Shown here: positions 1 through 10,504 of the stretch, one piece after another
How positions within the stretch are numbered: position 1 is the stretch's first letter
How the letters are laid out: each line of letters opens with the position of its first letter
From: Catajapyx aquilonaris
Lineage: Eukaryota
Direction: 5' to 3'
Assembly (NCBI GenBank): GCA_000934665.2
Contig: KZ538465.1
Location: 1 to 64,000 of the forward strand
DNA length: 64,000 nucleotides
Notes under the pieces: generated by a model
Databases searched by the model: none
Seen by the model: only the letters and a program-made list of their open reading frames with translations
Told to the model about the DNA's origin: nothing
Made by a program: the position numbers and the translations under genes

Positions 1-54
1 CAAGAGCTCTGGGTACAGGCAAAAATATATTTTTGCCTGTACCCAGAGCTCTTG
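1..54. repeat. Perfect spacer-less 54-bp palindrome (may extend beyond window start)
   Basis: caagagctctgggtacaggcaaaaata|tatttttgcctgtacccagagctcttg is its own reverse complement; cctgtaccc is repeated again at 55-63. Confidence 0.9.
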
Positions 55-1156
55 CCTGTACCCTATTTATACCTCGTTGGCGTTCCCCACACTTCAAGAT
101 GGCCGCCAGCCTTGGCAACACCCCAAACAGAGAGACGCGGAAATCGAATGTTTGCCCCCTCTTATGTAGTATATGCTCCCTGCTATGGGTGTGAATTTGG
201 ACCCTAGGATGGTAACACTGGCAACGTTGTCAGGCAGGTGCGCGAGTGTGGGTGCACACTCGGTAAAATTCATCTATAACATTGTTAATTTTATATTTAT
301 ATATTTTTTTAAATATGTTTTACGGACGATTCTTCCTTCTAAAAAGGCCGAGTCGAAAACTTTCGCATATTGCCACTCCTGACCTTTTCCCCGTGTCTCA
401 TGTTTCGGTTTCTAAGAGAGACGAGAAATCGATGGCAGGGTAATCACAGAACGCTGGCCCTTATTCGATTGGGCCACACACACACACACATATACCCACA
501 CACACACATACAAAAAGAGACAAGTAAAAAAGTATGGTCAGTCATCGACAGAAAAGACACAAGCAATTGCTGGAAAATAATTTAGCAAAAATAATAGTTT
601 CCTTATTGCTGAGTGTGGACGTGGTGGTAGCGTGATTGGCAGAAATGTAACGGGATAAAAAATAAAATGGCTGTAGGTTTCGTGTGTGTTAAGTTTTCAG
701 CTAGGACACGACAGATAGGAGTATAAAAAGACATGCGGGGGGGGGGGGNGGGGGGGGGGGGGAAAAAATCAGCATTTTCTCAATGGCAGACTTGTACACG
801 CCAAACCTACATCTGGCACTGAAAGAAAATGGTGAAGAAAACAAAAATTTCAACAGTGAAAATTGTTGTGACATACGACACATCACTATGTGACATATGA
901 CACATCACTATGCGACGTGTGATATGACATGTAATTACGTCACATGACATTCAAATCCATCCTTTTGCACCCTCATATCCAACTATCCCCACCTCTCACT
1001 CTTTTCTGCATTGTTGGCATTGTTGTTGCTTGGTTTTTGATTGACTGCTTTACACTTTTTCATGCCATAACACCCACAAAAGGGGAACAAAACATGTATC
1101 ACACTCGCTGACACTTTGCAGCTCCTTGTTAGCCTGGTGAGTAGTTATCTATTATG

Positions 1157-1287
1157 CAGTATTGACGGTGGTTTAATAGAGCCGGAATAATGGGCTTCAC
1201 TAAAGAGTGAGCTCATTTTTCTCTTAACGGGCAGCTGTTTAGGCTCCATGTCAATTAAATTATGTTATTGGCAAGTTGCCTGTTAAT
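1157..1287 (-). ncRNA. Candidate H/ACA box snoRNA
   Basis: Hairpin 1 (ttaacaggca...tgcccgttaa), H box AGAAAA, hairpin 2 (tttagtgaagcc/ggctctattaaa) with internal pocket, ends in an AUA variant of the ACA box; about 130 nt. Confidence 0.5.
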
Positions 1288-1939
1288 GGCACAGACACTA
1301 CGTAACCGTTAACTATGAATTTATTTAGACCTAGTTGCATACGTACAACTCAGTGAAATATCTCACACATGTTATTGCTTCTCTTCTAATGAGTATCCAG
1401 ACACTACATTAGGTGTTGAAAATGTAACATCTGATTATGCAGTATTATTTGCGTAACAACCATTGTCTATTAATTTATTTAGACCCAGTTGCATACGTAC
1501 AATTTGGTTTAAACCATGTATCATTACAAACAAAACGTATCACTACTCATGGCAGTATCCACCATTAATAATTATACACCTTTTAAATATATAATTTCTG
1601 TTTATTATGATTGTTCGTCCATTGCAACTGCACTTTATTCCTTTCAGTTCACTTTTTTTTAAATAGATTAATAGCTTTTTATTCTTATAGCTTATTAATT
1701 TGTAATATTTTATTGTATCGATTTTTTGTATTATAATGTTATACGTTAATAGCTTTTTATTCACGTAGCTTATTATAATTATTAGTTTAATTTGTCATTT
1801 GTTATAGATTAATAGTGTTTTATTCTTATAGCTTATTAATTTTATTATGTTGATTTATTTGTGTTATAATATTACAGATTAATAGCCTTTTATTATCATA
1901 GCTTATTTTGATTGGATTTAATTAATTTGTAATTAATTA

Positions 1940-2385
1940 TCGTTATTGTATTTAATCATTTATTTTATTTCTTCATTATTATTTCCTTGCTGTTATCGTA
2001 TTTCATTATTTACTTTGATTTCTTCATTATTATTTCATTGCTGTTATTGTGTTTATTTTCATTTCTTCATAATTATTTCATTATCGTTATTGTGTTTAAT
2101 CACTTATTTTATATCTTCATAATTATTTCATTATTGTTATTGTATGTACTGTAATTATTTACTTTGATTTCTTCATAATTATTTCATTATTGTTATTGTG
2201 TGTACCATAATTATTTACTTTCATTTCTTCATATTTCATTATTTATTACTATATTTTACTGTTATATTTTACACTTTATTACTTTATTTATTACTATATT
2301 TTACTGTTATATTTTACACTTTATTACTTTATTTATTATACTATATGTTAGTTATATTTTACACTTTATTACTTTGTTTTTATTA
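1940..2385. repeat. AT-rich degenerate minisatellite
   Basis: Repeated ttcttcataattatttcattat and atattttacactttattact units. Confidence 0.8.
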
Positions 2386-2388
2386 AAA

Positions 2389-2491
2389 TTTTGTTATAGC
2401 TTAACCGACATACTTCCTATATAGCCTCCCAAGCTTTTCTTAACTTTTGAAGTTGGCCCCTTTTAGCGGGGCCATACAGAGGTATCATTAC
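2389..2491 (-). ncRNA. Candidate H/ACA box snoRNA
   Basis: Hairpin 1 with tggcccc/ggggcca upper stem, H box AGAAAA, hairpin 2 agctt...aagct, then ACA plus 3 nt; a GC-richer island in an AT-rich intron. Confidence 0.5.
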
Positions 2492-3054
2492 AAGTATTGT
2501 TGCATTCAAAAAAATGCATAATAAGTGCATAAATAATAAATAACTCTGCAAAGTGCACCTTCATCAACAACCCTGCTGTGCTCATCAGCATGGGGACGAC
2601 GACAACACGTGAGTCGAGTCTCTAGACCAGTTTGAGTCGCCCCCCCAATCCCCCTGAAGCCCCACTCACCCGGTGCAGTGTTGTTGTCCCGAGCAGGCGC
2701 ACCCTGGGTCCGTCCACGTGTCAGAGCGCCCCGAGGCCGCCCCGGGGCCTGGAAACGAGGCCCGACGATGCACTCACCGACGCCATCTTTTTATCAAAGA
2801 AACACTCACCAAAGTACACTATTCGCCCGACAGATGGCAGCACCGTACCTGCAGCAGCTACGTTAACAACCAGCCACTTCGCCACCAAAAAAAAAACAGT
2901 TATGTGACGTCACGAGAGATTCATTACTCATTAATTTCATTGCGAGTAAAATTGATCGTAGCTGCAATTGTAGCAACGATCGTCCGGATTTTAACGCGTC
3001 AGCTGATCCGGAAAGGAATTACACGGGTGTACAGGGTAAGTAACTGGGGATGAC

Positions 3055-3562
3055 ACACCGCTTTGGGCTGAAATGAAGAGTACGGAACGTGTACGGAACA
3101 CTTCAATTACAAATTACAACAGTGTATGACTTGCATGTTTTTTTTTGCCGTGTTCTAATTTAATTGCACAACAAGTTTATGGCCTTCTTATGGCCGGTAA
3201 TATCTGCACTATAATTACATATTTTCAGTTTCAGGTACTATCATGGTCAAAATGTTGCGGGTCATTTACATTTTTCCAGTGTAACTGTGCAAGTACACCG
3301 CTTTGTTCTGTAATAAGGGTATGGAACACTTGACTTCTAAATTAGAACAGGCTTGCATGTTTTTTTAAATGTATACAAATTTAATTGCACAATTTTGATT
3401 AATTTTATGGCTTTCATATGGCAGTAATATCTGCTCGAACATGAGGCGTCCACTAATAATTAGTGAAAAGACACAGCTGGTTACAGGTACTATCATGGTC
3501 AAAAAGTTGTGGGCATTCTAATAGTTTTGGTTACATGTCAGTGTCCACTGACAAGTACAGCA
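3055..3562 (+). ncRNA. Two tandem paralogous structured RNA candidates (H box, long hairpin, ACA) in the 5'-UTR intron of C18orf32
   Basis: ~240-nt duplication with conserved blocks; each copy has ANANNA (3116, 3344), a terminal stem cttgca...caagt and ACA (3295, 3557). Confidence 0.45.
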
Positions 3563-3639
3563 TCGTATGTAATTAAGACATTAATTGCTGTACGTATGTC
3601 TTTTCAGCAGCATTTAGTTGACAACAAGAAACCTGCAAA

Positions 3640-3864
3640 ATGGTGTGCATACCTTGCATCGTCATCCCGGCCTTGCTGTTCATCTGGTACCGCTTCATCC
3701 AGCCGCTAGTCCTGATGATCTGGAATCCATGGGCAAAGCCGGTGGAGGCAGCGGCACAAGAGAAGTCGACTCCAGATGGAAAACCGGCGGTTGAAGGGGA
3801 AACCAGCAACGGAGATGTGAAAGAGGCCGTAGAAGGTGACGGAAGCAAAGAAAAACAGAACTGA
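3640..3864 (+). CDS. C18orf32: UPF0729 / C18orf32 homolog (small membrane or lipid-droplet protein)
   Basis: Diagnostic N-terminus MVCIPCIVIPxLLxIW; 74 aa; acceptor at ~3607 and upstream donor GGTAAGT at ~3036 define a 5'-UTR intron. Confidence 0.9.
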   Translation: MVCIPCIVIPALLFIWYRFIQPLVLMIWNPWAKPVEAAAQEKSTPDGKPAVEGETSNGDVKEAVEGDGSKEKQN

Positions 3865-4036
3865 CTCGTTCGACTCTTCATAACGCACAGTACTGGTCAT
3901 GTACATAAACACACATTCCCCCGTTTCTTGTTGGAAAAATTATATAAAGTAAAGGTTTAAACAAAAAAAATGCGGAAATTATTTTCCTCAGTCCCGTGAT
4001 CATATAAAAAAATGTATTATTGCTTCGCCCGCTTCT

Positions 4037-7000
4037 TCAGTTGATGGCCTTGAGCTCGACGTCAAATACAAGAGTGCTGTTTGGCGGAATGGCTGGCGGC
4101 ATTCCCTTCTTGCCATATCTGTAGGAGGAAAAAGACAGTTTCAAAGTGGACTGGCCAATTTGCTGCTTGGCAAAGCCACTATAACATTCGTTGGCCTGTG
4201 GTGCCACAAGACGGACAGCACTGATGCTGTAACCCAAAAGCCATACAGATGACATGTGCCCGTTGTGTCATCTGTATGGCTTTGGGGTGACCGCACCAGT
4301 ACTGTCCATCTTGCGGCCATGCCAGGCACAGTTTGTCGCATTGCCTGATGATTACAGTTAATTGCAAGTGTAGCGAGCTGGGGGCTCATAGCGGGTTTTG
4401 TATACCGCAACGTTAACTGACCATCTTGTGGCACCACAGGTGAACGAATGTTATTGTGGCACTGCAGGCCAACAAACGTTATTGTGGCACTGCAGGCCAC
4501 CAAACGTTATTGTGGCACTGCAGGCCAACGAACGTTATTGTGGCACTGCAGGCCAACGAACGTTATTGTGGCACTGCAGGCCAACGAACGTTATTGTGGC
4601 ACTGCAGGCCATCGAACGTTATTGTGGCACTGCAGGCCAACGAATGTGCTTGTGGCTTTGCCATGCTCTTAAGCTTGTGCTGATCATCTCATTCCGTTTT
4701 CACAATCAATGTGTCTCTTACACATGCATCGAATTGACCAACAGCCCGATTCCAAATTGGAAATTATACTTACGCCATGAGTGGTGGGCAGAGGATCCTA
4801 CGCTTCCCGCCGACCTTCATTCCTGCGACCCCAATGTCCCAACCCTTAATGACCTCTCCTTGACCCAGCCTGAACTTGAACCCAGGTCCCTTGTTTCCGC
4901 TAGCATCAAACTGCTTGTTGTTCGACTTCAGTTTCCCAACGTACGACACCGCGACCATCCGGCCCGACTTGGCTTCAGGGCCGCTTCCGGCTTTGACTTC
5001 CTCGACAATCACGCCTCCTGGAAGCGTCTTTTTGGAAGGGGTCATCGGCTGGGGAGTCGAAATAGTCTTGGGGCCGATAGGCTTAGGCGGTTGCGACACT
5101 GGTGTCGTCGCACTCTCGTCCTGAAATTGCAACAAGTAGACATTTTATAGTGACAAGTACATAATCGCATCACTCCCCTTCCCCTCCAATTCAAGGCCAA
5201 GTCGTCTGAAATATGAAACGAACTCCCTGTAAATTGAAGGTGAAAGGGAAGTGAAATGCATTGTTTCTGTCAACCCTTTTTATTTATTTAACTTGCAGCC
5301 AAACACAAATGGAATGAAATGCTTTAATCAAAAAAATCATATTTGAAAAAAAAATAATAATAATTTGAGGATCAAAAACTTAAATTCTGAGAGAAGACAA
5401 ATGTATAATGGCACACCTGCAGTCATATAATTTCGCTTGTAATGCAACACAAGTACGGTACTTGCCCATCCGACTTTTACGTACATCCGACTTAAAAGTC
5501 TGGCAGTAATTACGACGGGGGGGAAGAAATTGGGAACCATCTTATGAATGACAATCGGAGAATAAAACCTTGCTCTGTAAATTGTGTATATGAAATTACA
5601 AGCCATCAAGTGTATAACTTGCAGTGTCGGAAAGTCCGTCTCACATGATGACTCGTAATTGCTTAATGAGTTTTACATGACTTTTACATTTGGAGATGCA
5701 CCGTCCTTCTTCTTCTTGTTTTTCTTCTTCTTCTTCTTCTTTCCCTCGGAGTTGGGCGACTGTGGAGTTGCTGCGGTTTGACCTGTGGGTGTGGTCTGGC
5801 CCGGCTGCGTCTTCTTGGCCCCCTTGTTCTTCTTCTTCGCCTTCTTAGAGAGAGCTTGTCCAGTCGTGTTGCTGCTCACGAGAGTCGCTGGCTGTTTGTT
5901 AGCCACTTTCGGCTCAAAGGCCTTCTTCTTCGGTGGGGAAGGCGAATCATCGTCGCTGTCATCATCGCTATCATCGATATCTTCCTCCTCATCCGAGTCG
6001 TCAAACACGTCCTTGCCTGGAAACATGACATGTGTAATATAAATCCAGTCTGAGAAAACGGAAACTCACCTTTCTTTGGGCTGTTGCTGTTAGCCAGAGC
6101 TCTGTTGAGTGCTTCGATCTTCCTCTTTTTTGCGACCAATGCCTCCCGCTCTTCCTCATCATCCTCCTCGTCGCTCGACCCAAACTCCATGGAGTCGTCC
6201 GGAATCAGGTATCCGGTGAGATGGACCTTTCCCTGTCCGCCTTTGGTGTAAAAGGCAACCTCCTCTCCAGACTCGAAATTGAGATCCAGCCCTTGCTGGC
6301 TCTGCCCGCCGTCCTTCACGGAGAGATTGCATAGGGCATAGCTGCGGCTGTCCACATCCACCATCAGGGTGGTCGTGGCGGCAGAGGTCCCTAGGACTTC
6401 CAGCGTGGCCATGGACAGGTGGAAAGCATTCTGCACATGCTGGGCGTACCGCTTGCCCGCTTCCAACACAAGGCCTGTAAGAAAAGGATATTACGGCTGT
6501 AGGCGCATAGTGATTCAATCACATGGTACAGTGTACTTGGACTAAGCATATCCGTGTTCCACTTGGCAGTTGAGCGTACAACGGACTTGTTAAAAACCGG
6601 CGCCTTGTACAACGGACTTGACTAGTGATTTACCCCTTTGTGTTCCACATTTATACTCGTTTACACCACCATATTCTTGCAAATTATCTACAACGTAAGG
6701 CGTTCCCAACAATTTCAGGTGTAAAAGTGCAAATCTATTTTATTCCTCATCTGTTACGATTAGGCCAAAATTGGACGGTACGCCACACTGCGCAATATGC
6801 ATCCAAGCCAATGCGTTTTTCACTTATCAGTTCAGCGACTCCCAAAAATCAGGCATCGGGCATAAAAATTGAATGTTCGTATAGTACTGGGTGGGGCAAA
6901 AGTCATGGTCGGATAAAAACGACGCAGCATAATAACCTGAACCCTAGTAGTAATGATGATCATAATGGGCCGAATTCAGAGAGGTCGCTTAACGTAAACG

Positions 7001-7185
7001 CGCCCGATTAAATCCTTTAGTCATCCTCGATTAGCAAATTTAAAAGTGCTAGCAAGTGCGATTAGGGGGCGTTTAGCACTAATCGTCGTCTTTGCATTAG
7101 CAGGTTGATTAAATTTGCTAATCGAGGCTGAGTAAAGGATTTAGTCGGGCGCGTTTACGTTAAGCAACCTCTCTGAATTCGGCCC

Positions 7186-7217
<32 letters not shown>

Positions 7218-7564
7218 TATAGGCCACAGAAAATGTTTAAAAAAATTGTATGACTCAAATTCAGCCAGTACATGCCAATTCAAATCAAAAAAAAAAATTG
7301 ATACATATTTTTTTTTTCCACAAATAAAAATTGCAAATTCCAGGACGGCTAATATTACAAAATTTGTTCCTTCAATACACCAGTACATGCTCCACCCCCC
7401 TCCAATTAATAACTGTACTAGTTCAACTACTCTCATCGCCAACGTTCCAAAAAATAATAATAATCCCCCCACCGCATGGCAGCAACTAGGCCTGGGGTAG
7501 TTCCAATGGAAATCTCTCTCATGCAACAATGCCCCCTTCTTCTTCAGAACAAACCCCAAAACAT
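4037..7564 (-). CDS. FKBP39: Nucleoplasmin-like domain FK506-binding nuclear protein (FKBP39/FKBP46 type); 5 exons approx 7564-7555, 6474-6070, 6016-~5685, 5120-4774, 4118-4037
   Basis: Spliced product begins MFWGLVLEAGKRY (NPL domain ending VHLTGY), then acidic and Lys-rich tracts and an FKBP PPIase domain (FRLGQGEVIKGWDIGVAGMKVGGKR...AYG...IPPNSTLVFDVEL). Confidence 0.93.
4165..4666. mobile_element. MITE-like element with ~45-bp imperfect terminal inverted repeats and an internal 30-bp tandem array
   Basis: Left end ggcaaagccactataacattcgttggcctgtggtgccacaa is the inverse of the right end; about 7 copies of aacgttattgtggcactgcaggccaacg at 4443-4645. Confidence 0.65.
6967..7185. mobile_element. 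PIF/Harbinger (Tourist)-type MITE in FKBP intron 1
   Basis: ~75-bp near-perfect TIRs GGGCCGAATTCAGAGAGG...CCTCTCTGAATTCGGCCC with a 3-bp AAT target-site duplication. Confidence 0.85.
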
Positions 7565-8000
7565 CCTTGTCCTCCTTCTTCTCTGTATTCCTTCCTCTCT
7601 CCCTCCTGGTCCAACTGAAGCCTTCAGAAGTTCCTTCCCTTCTAAAAAAAAATAAAATATATTCCGAATAAACTATCGGAAGGCACGCCGACTCGACCGG
7701 CAAACAAAAGTGTAGGGAGAGGGGAGGGGGCGGGGGAGCAGGGGGAGGAAAGAGACGCCATAGCGTAGCTGCTGCGATTCCATCATCGACAAGGTGATGA
7801 AAATAACTGGTTATTTTGTAGCGGTGTTGCCAAATCAGCTGGATTTGCGAGAGGACTTGCGCGGAATGTAAAAATAAATAGGATATTATTAATTACTTTA
7901 ATATAAAAATTAAAAGTAGGGTTGATGAATATTTTATGTTTATTAATATATTTGACATGAATGTTCCGTTGGATGCGGCAACGTTGCTGGCAGTTCGAAG

Positions 8001-9439
8001 ATGGCGTCGGCTGCTGCTCCTGATGGGTAAGGAATTTATAATTAATTTTTTTGCAGTTTAAAACGTATTTTGGGGGGTTGGACGTGCGTGTCATTTTATG
8101 CCCTACATAATGTGGGTTTATATTAAAAGCCGTTTAACGACACAGAGAGAGTTCTGTAGGCTGTGTAAAAAAAAATTGGCAGGTTGAGTATACTTCTGGT
8201 GGTCTTATTTTCGCGATTTAAATCGGATTTACTTACTAAATCGTAATTAAGTCTTGGTTGTGAAATGCTAGTAATTTACTTAACAATAATTTGCATTTGT
8301 AATTTAATATTTATTGTATTTACGATCTGTTTGTAATTTAATTTTTTATTCGTTTATGATATAATTATGTATTTATTATTTTAATCATTTAATTCTTATA
8401 TTTCATGATTTAATATTCTAATTTGTTCGCAGTTATTTATTTCATAATTTAATCATTGTAGTTTGTCTGTAATTGTATTTATTTTTCATGAATTCAAATC
8501 CTAATTTGTTCATAATTTAATATTAATTCTAATTTGTTCATAATTTAATATTAATTCTAATTTGTTCATAATTTAATATTAATTCTAATTTGTTCATAAT
8601 TTAATATTAATTATTTATTTATGTAATTACCCCATGGTATGGCAAAGAACTCTGTTAACACATCGATTAGAGCATAGGAAAAATGCACCAAATTTATATA
8701 CCAGATAACGTAACCAGAAGCCAGAAAAAATACGGGATAAAAAATACATGACTCATAAATTTTATAACATTCAATAATTATTTTAGGTGGACAGAAGCAA
8801 TTGATGTCATCAACACGATTGATTCCGCCAAATTCAACCGATTTTGTACCCAACTGATGCTTCGGATGTCGGCCGACCCTTCTTCAGAGGACCTCTTCAC
8901 GGCCGAGGAGCTAGCGAAGATGGAGTCGCCCCTCGGTTTGGAGTCGCAACAATTGAAGCTTGCCATCGAATGCATCACGTTTGCAATACGAAAAGCGGCG
9001 TACAACATAACGAAGCCACCAGCATTCATGCAGGGTCTCATCACACTCGGGATGGAGAAAACGAGGGCTGAGATTCTTTCGCAGATATGGTCCACCAATG
9101 CTAAAGGAATGATAGACCAGCTTCGGCAGGCGTCAGTGGCACCAAAAAAGGTATCCTTGATTGCAACCTGTTGCATAATAATCATTGCTTGGAGGGTTCG
9201 CTTAATTCAAGTGCATTAATTGCCACTTCCAGCTGGAAGATACGGCTTGGTCTCTCAACCTGCAGCTGGGCAGCAATCGGCAAACGAAGCAGAAGATTCC
9301 CCTTGCGCTTTTCCAGTTCAAGCTCCGGGACTCCTCTGGAAACCCAGAAAACCTCACCGTCGAAATGGACCATTCGGATCTCTCCAAATTCTACTCGCAG
9401 CTTGAAGAAATCCAGTCGCAGTTGGACAGCCTTCGTTAA
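8001..9439 (+). CDS. COMMD10: COMM domain-containing protein 10; exons approx 8001-8026, 8787-9150, 9233-9439
   Basis: Spliced product with INTIDSAKF...FTAEE...AAY...KP and C-terminal COMM domain LEDTAWSLNLQL...FYSQLEEIQSQLDSL. Confidence 0.9.
8485..8615. repeat. 29-bp AT-rich tandem repeat
   Basis: ttctaatttgttcataatttaatattaa repeated 4 times. Confidence 0.85.
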
Positions 9440-9673
9440 ATCGCAATTAATTTGAAAAAAAGCGGGACCCAAAACTGCACTTGTGACAAATATTCCATAC
9501 GCCCAAAGACCTGTACCCTAATAATTGTGATAATAAATATGGTAACAATATGTACTATTAATATGCAACGAATTTAACAACCTGGTTTTGTAACGTTCAT
9601 GTAAGAATGTATAATATATTATTAGCTACAGTACGTAATAAAGTGAAATTGTAAATAATAAATTGAATCATAC

Positions 9674-9674
<1 letters not shown>

Positions 9675-9711
<37 letters not shown>

Positions 9712-10120
9712 TTAATGAAATAATAATTAAAGTGAATAACTAAGAAATTAAAGAAATAATAATTAAAGCGAATAACTAGGAAATTAATGAAATAATAATT
9801 AAAGCGAATAACTAAGAAATTAAAGAAATAATAATTAAAGCGAATAACTAGGAAATAATGAAATAATAATTAAAGCGAATAACTAGGAAATTAACAAACT
9901 TATGAATTAATGAAATAAATTAATATTAATAATTTCCTAACTAGTAAATTCATATTAACAATAACTAATAATTTCCTAACTAGTACGTTAATAAATTCCT
10001 AACTATAATAGTAAATCATTAATAACTAATTCCTAATACATTAATATTTTTAAATGATAATATAAATAATAAAATAGATAAATATGACTAATAATGAATA
10101 ACTAATTAATTAATTAAAAT
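9675..10120. repeat. (TAA)n microsatellite plus ~34-bp minisatellite
   Basis: gaaataataattaaagcgaataactag repeated 5 times. Confidence 0.85.
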
Positions 10121-10504
10121 AAAATATTGTGCATGACCTTTGGGGATCTTTGAACTCTTGCGATGATTTGTTTCGACTGCATTAGACTCGATGTAATTAC
10201 CTGATCGCTTCCTGCTTATGAACAATTGAATGAGTAATTAATGACATGAAACAATTGTAGGGAACTAATTACTTGTTGCCAAATTATGTGCTGCAAGCAG
10301 TTGTGTAATAACATGTTTTGATACAACGACAACAATGCAAAGCCAGAATAAACCGTATTCAAAACAATCGCTTTTGGTAATGTATGAAGTAAGTACTGAT
10401 GATTTAGGTGCAGTACATTGTCGATGAAGCAACGGGTGTTTCTTCAAGTAACATTCGGCTTTTAATATTTGTTAATGCGATTGCTGATGATTTGTGCCGT
10501 CAAG

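Larger units (their letters stand above)
960..2790 (-). ncRNA. Putative spliced non-coding or micro-ORF transcript, candidate snoRNA host, head-to-head with C18orf32
   Basis: On the minus strand: AAGATGGCGTCG|GTGAGT (~2778), short exon ~2670-2703 ending in |GTGAGT, exon ~2559-2621, probable acceptor ~1133. Only a ~35-aa ORF with no recognisable homology; introns hold H/ACA-like folds. Confidence 0.4.

Noticed and set aside
4443..4645. CRISPR-like regular 30-bp repeats and ORFs 4398-5150, 4448-4672, 4456-4683
   Set aside because: Head-to-tail repeats with no unique spacers, no cas genes, inside a eukaryotic intron; the ORFs are repeat or antisense artefacts
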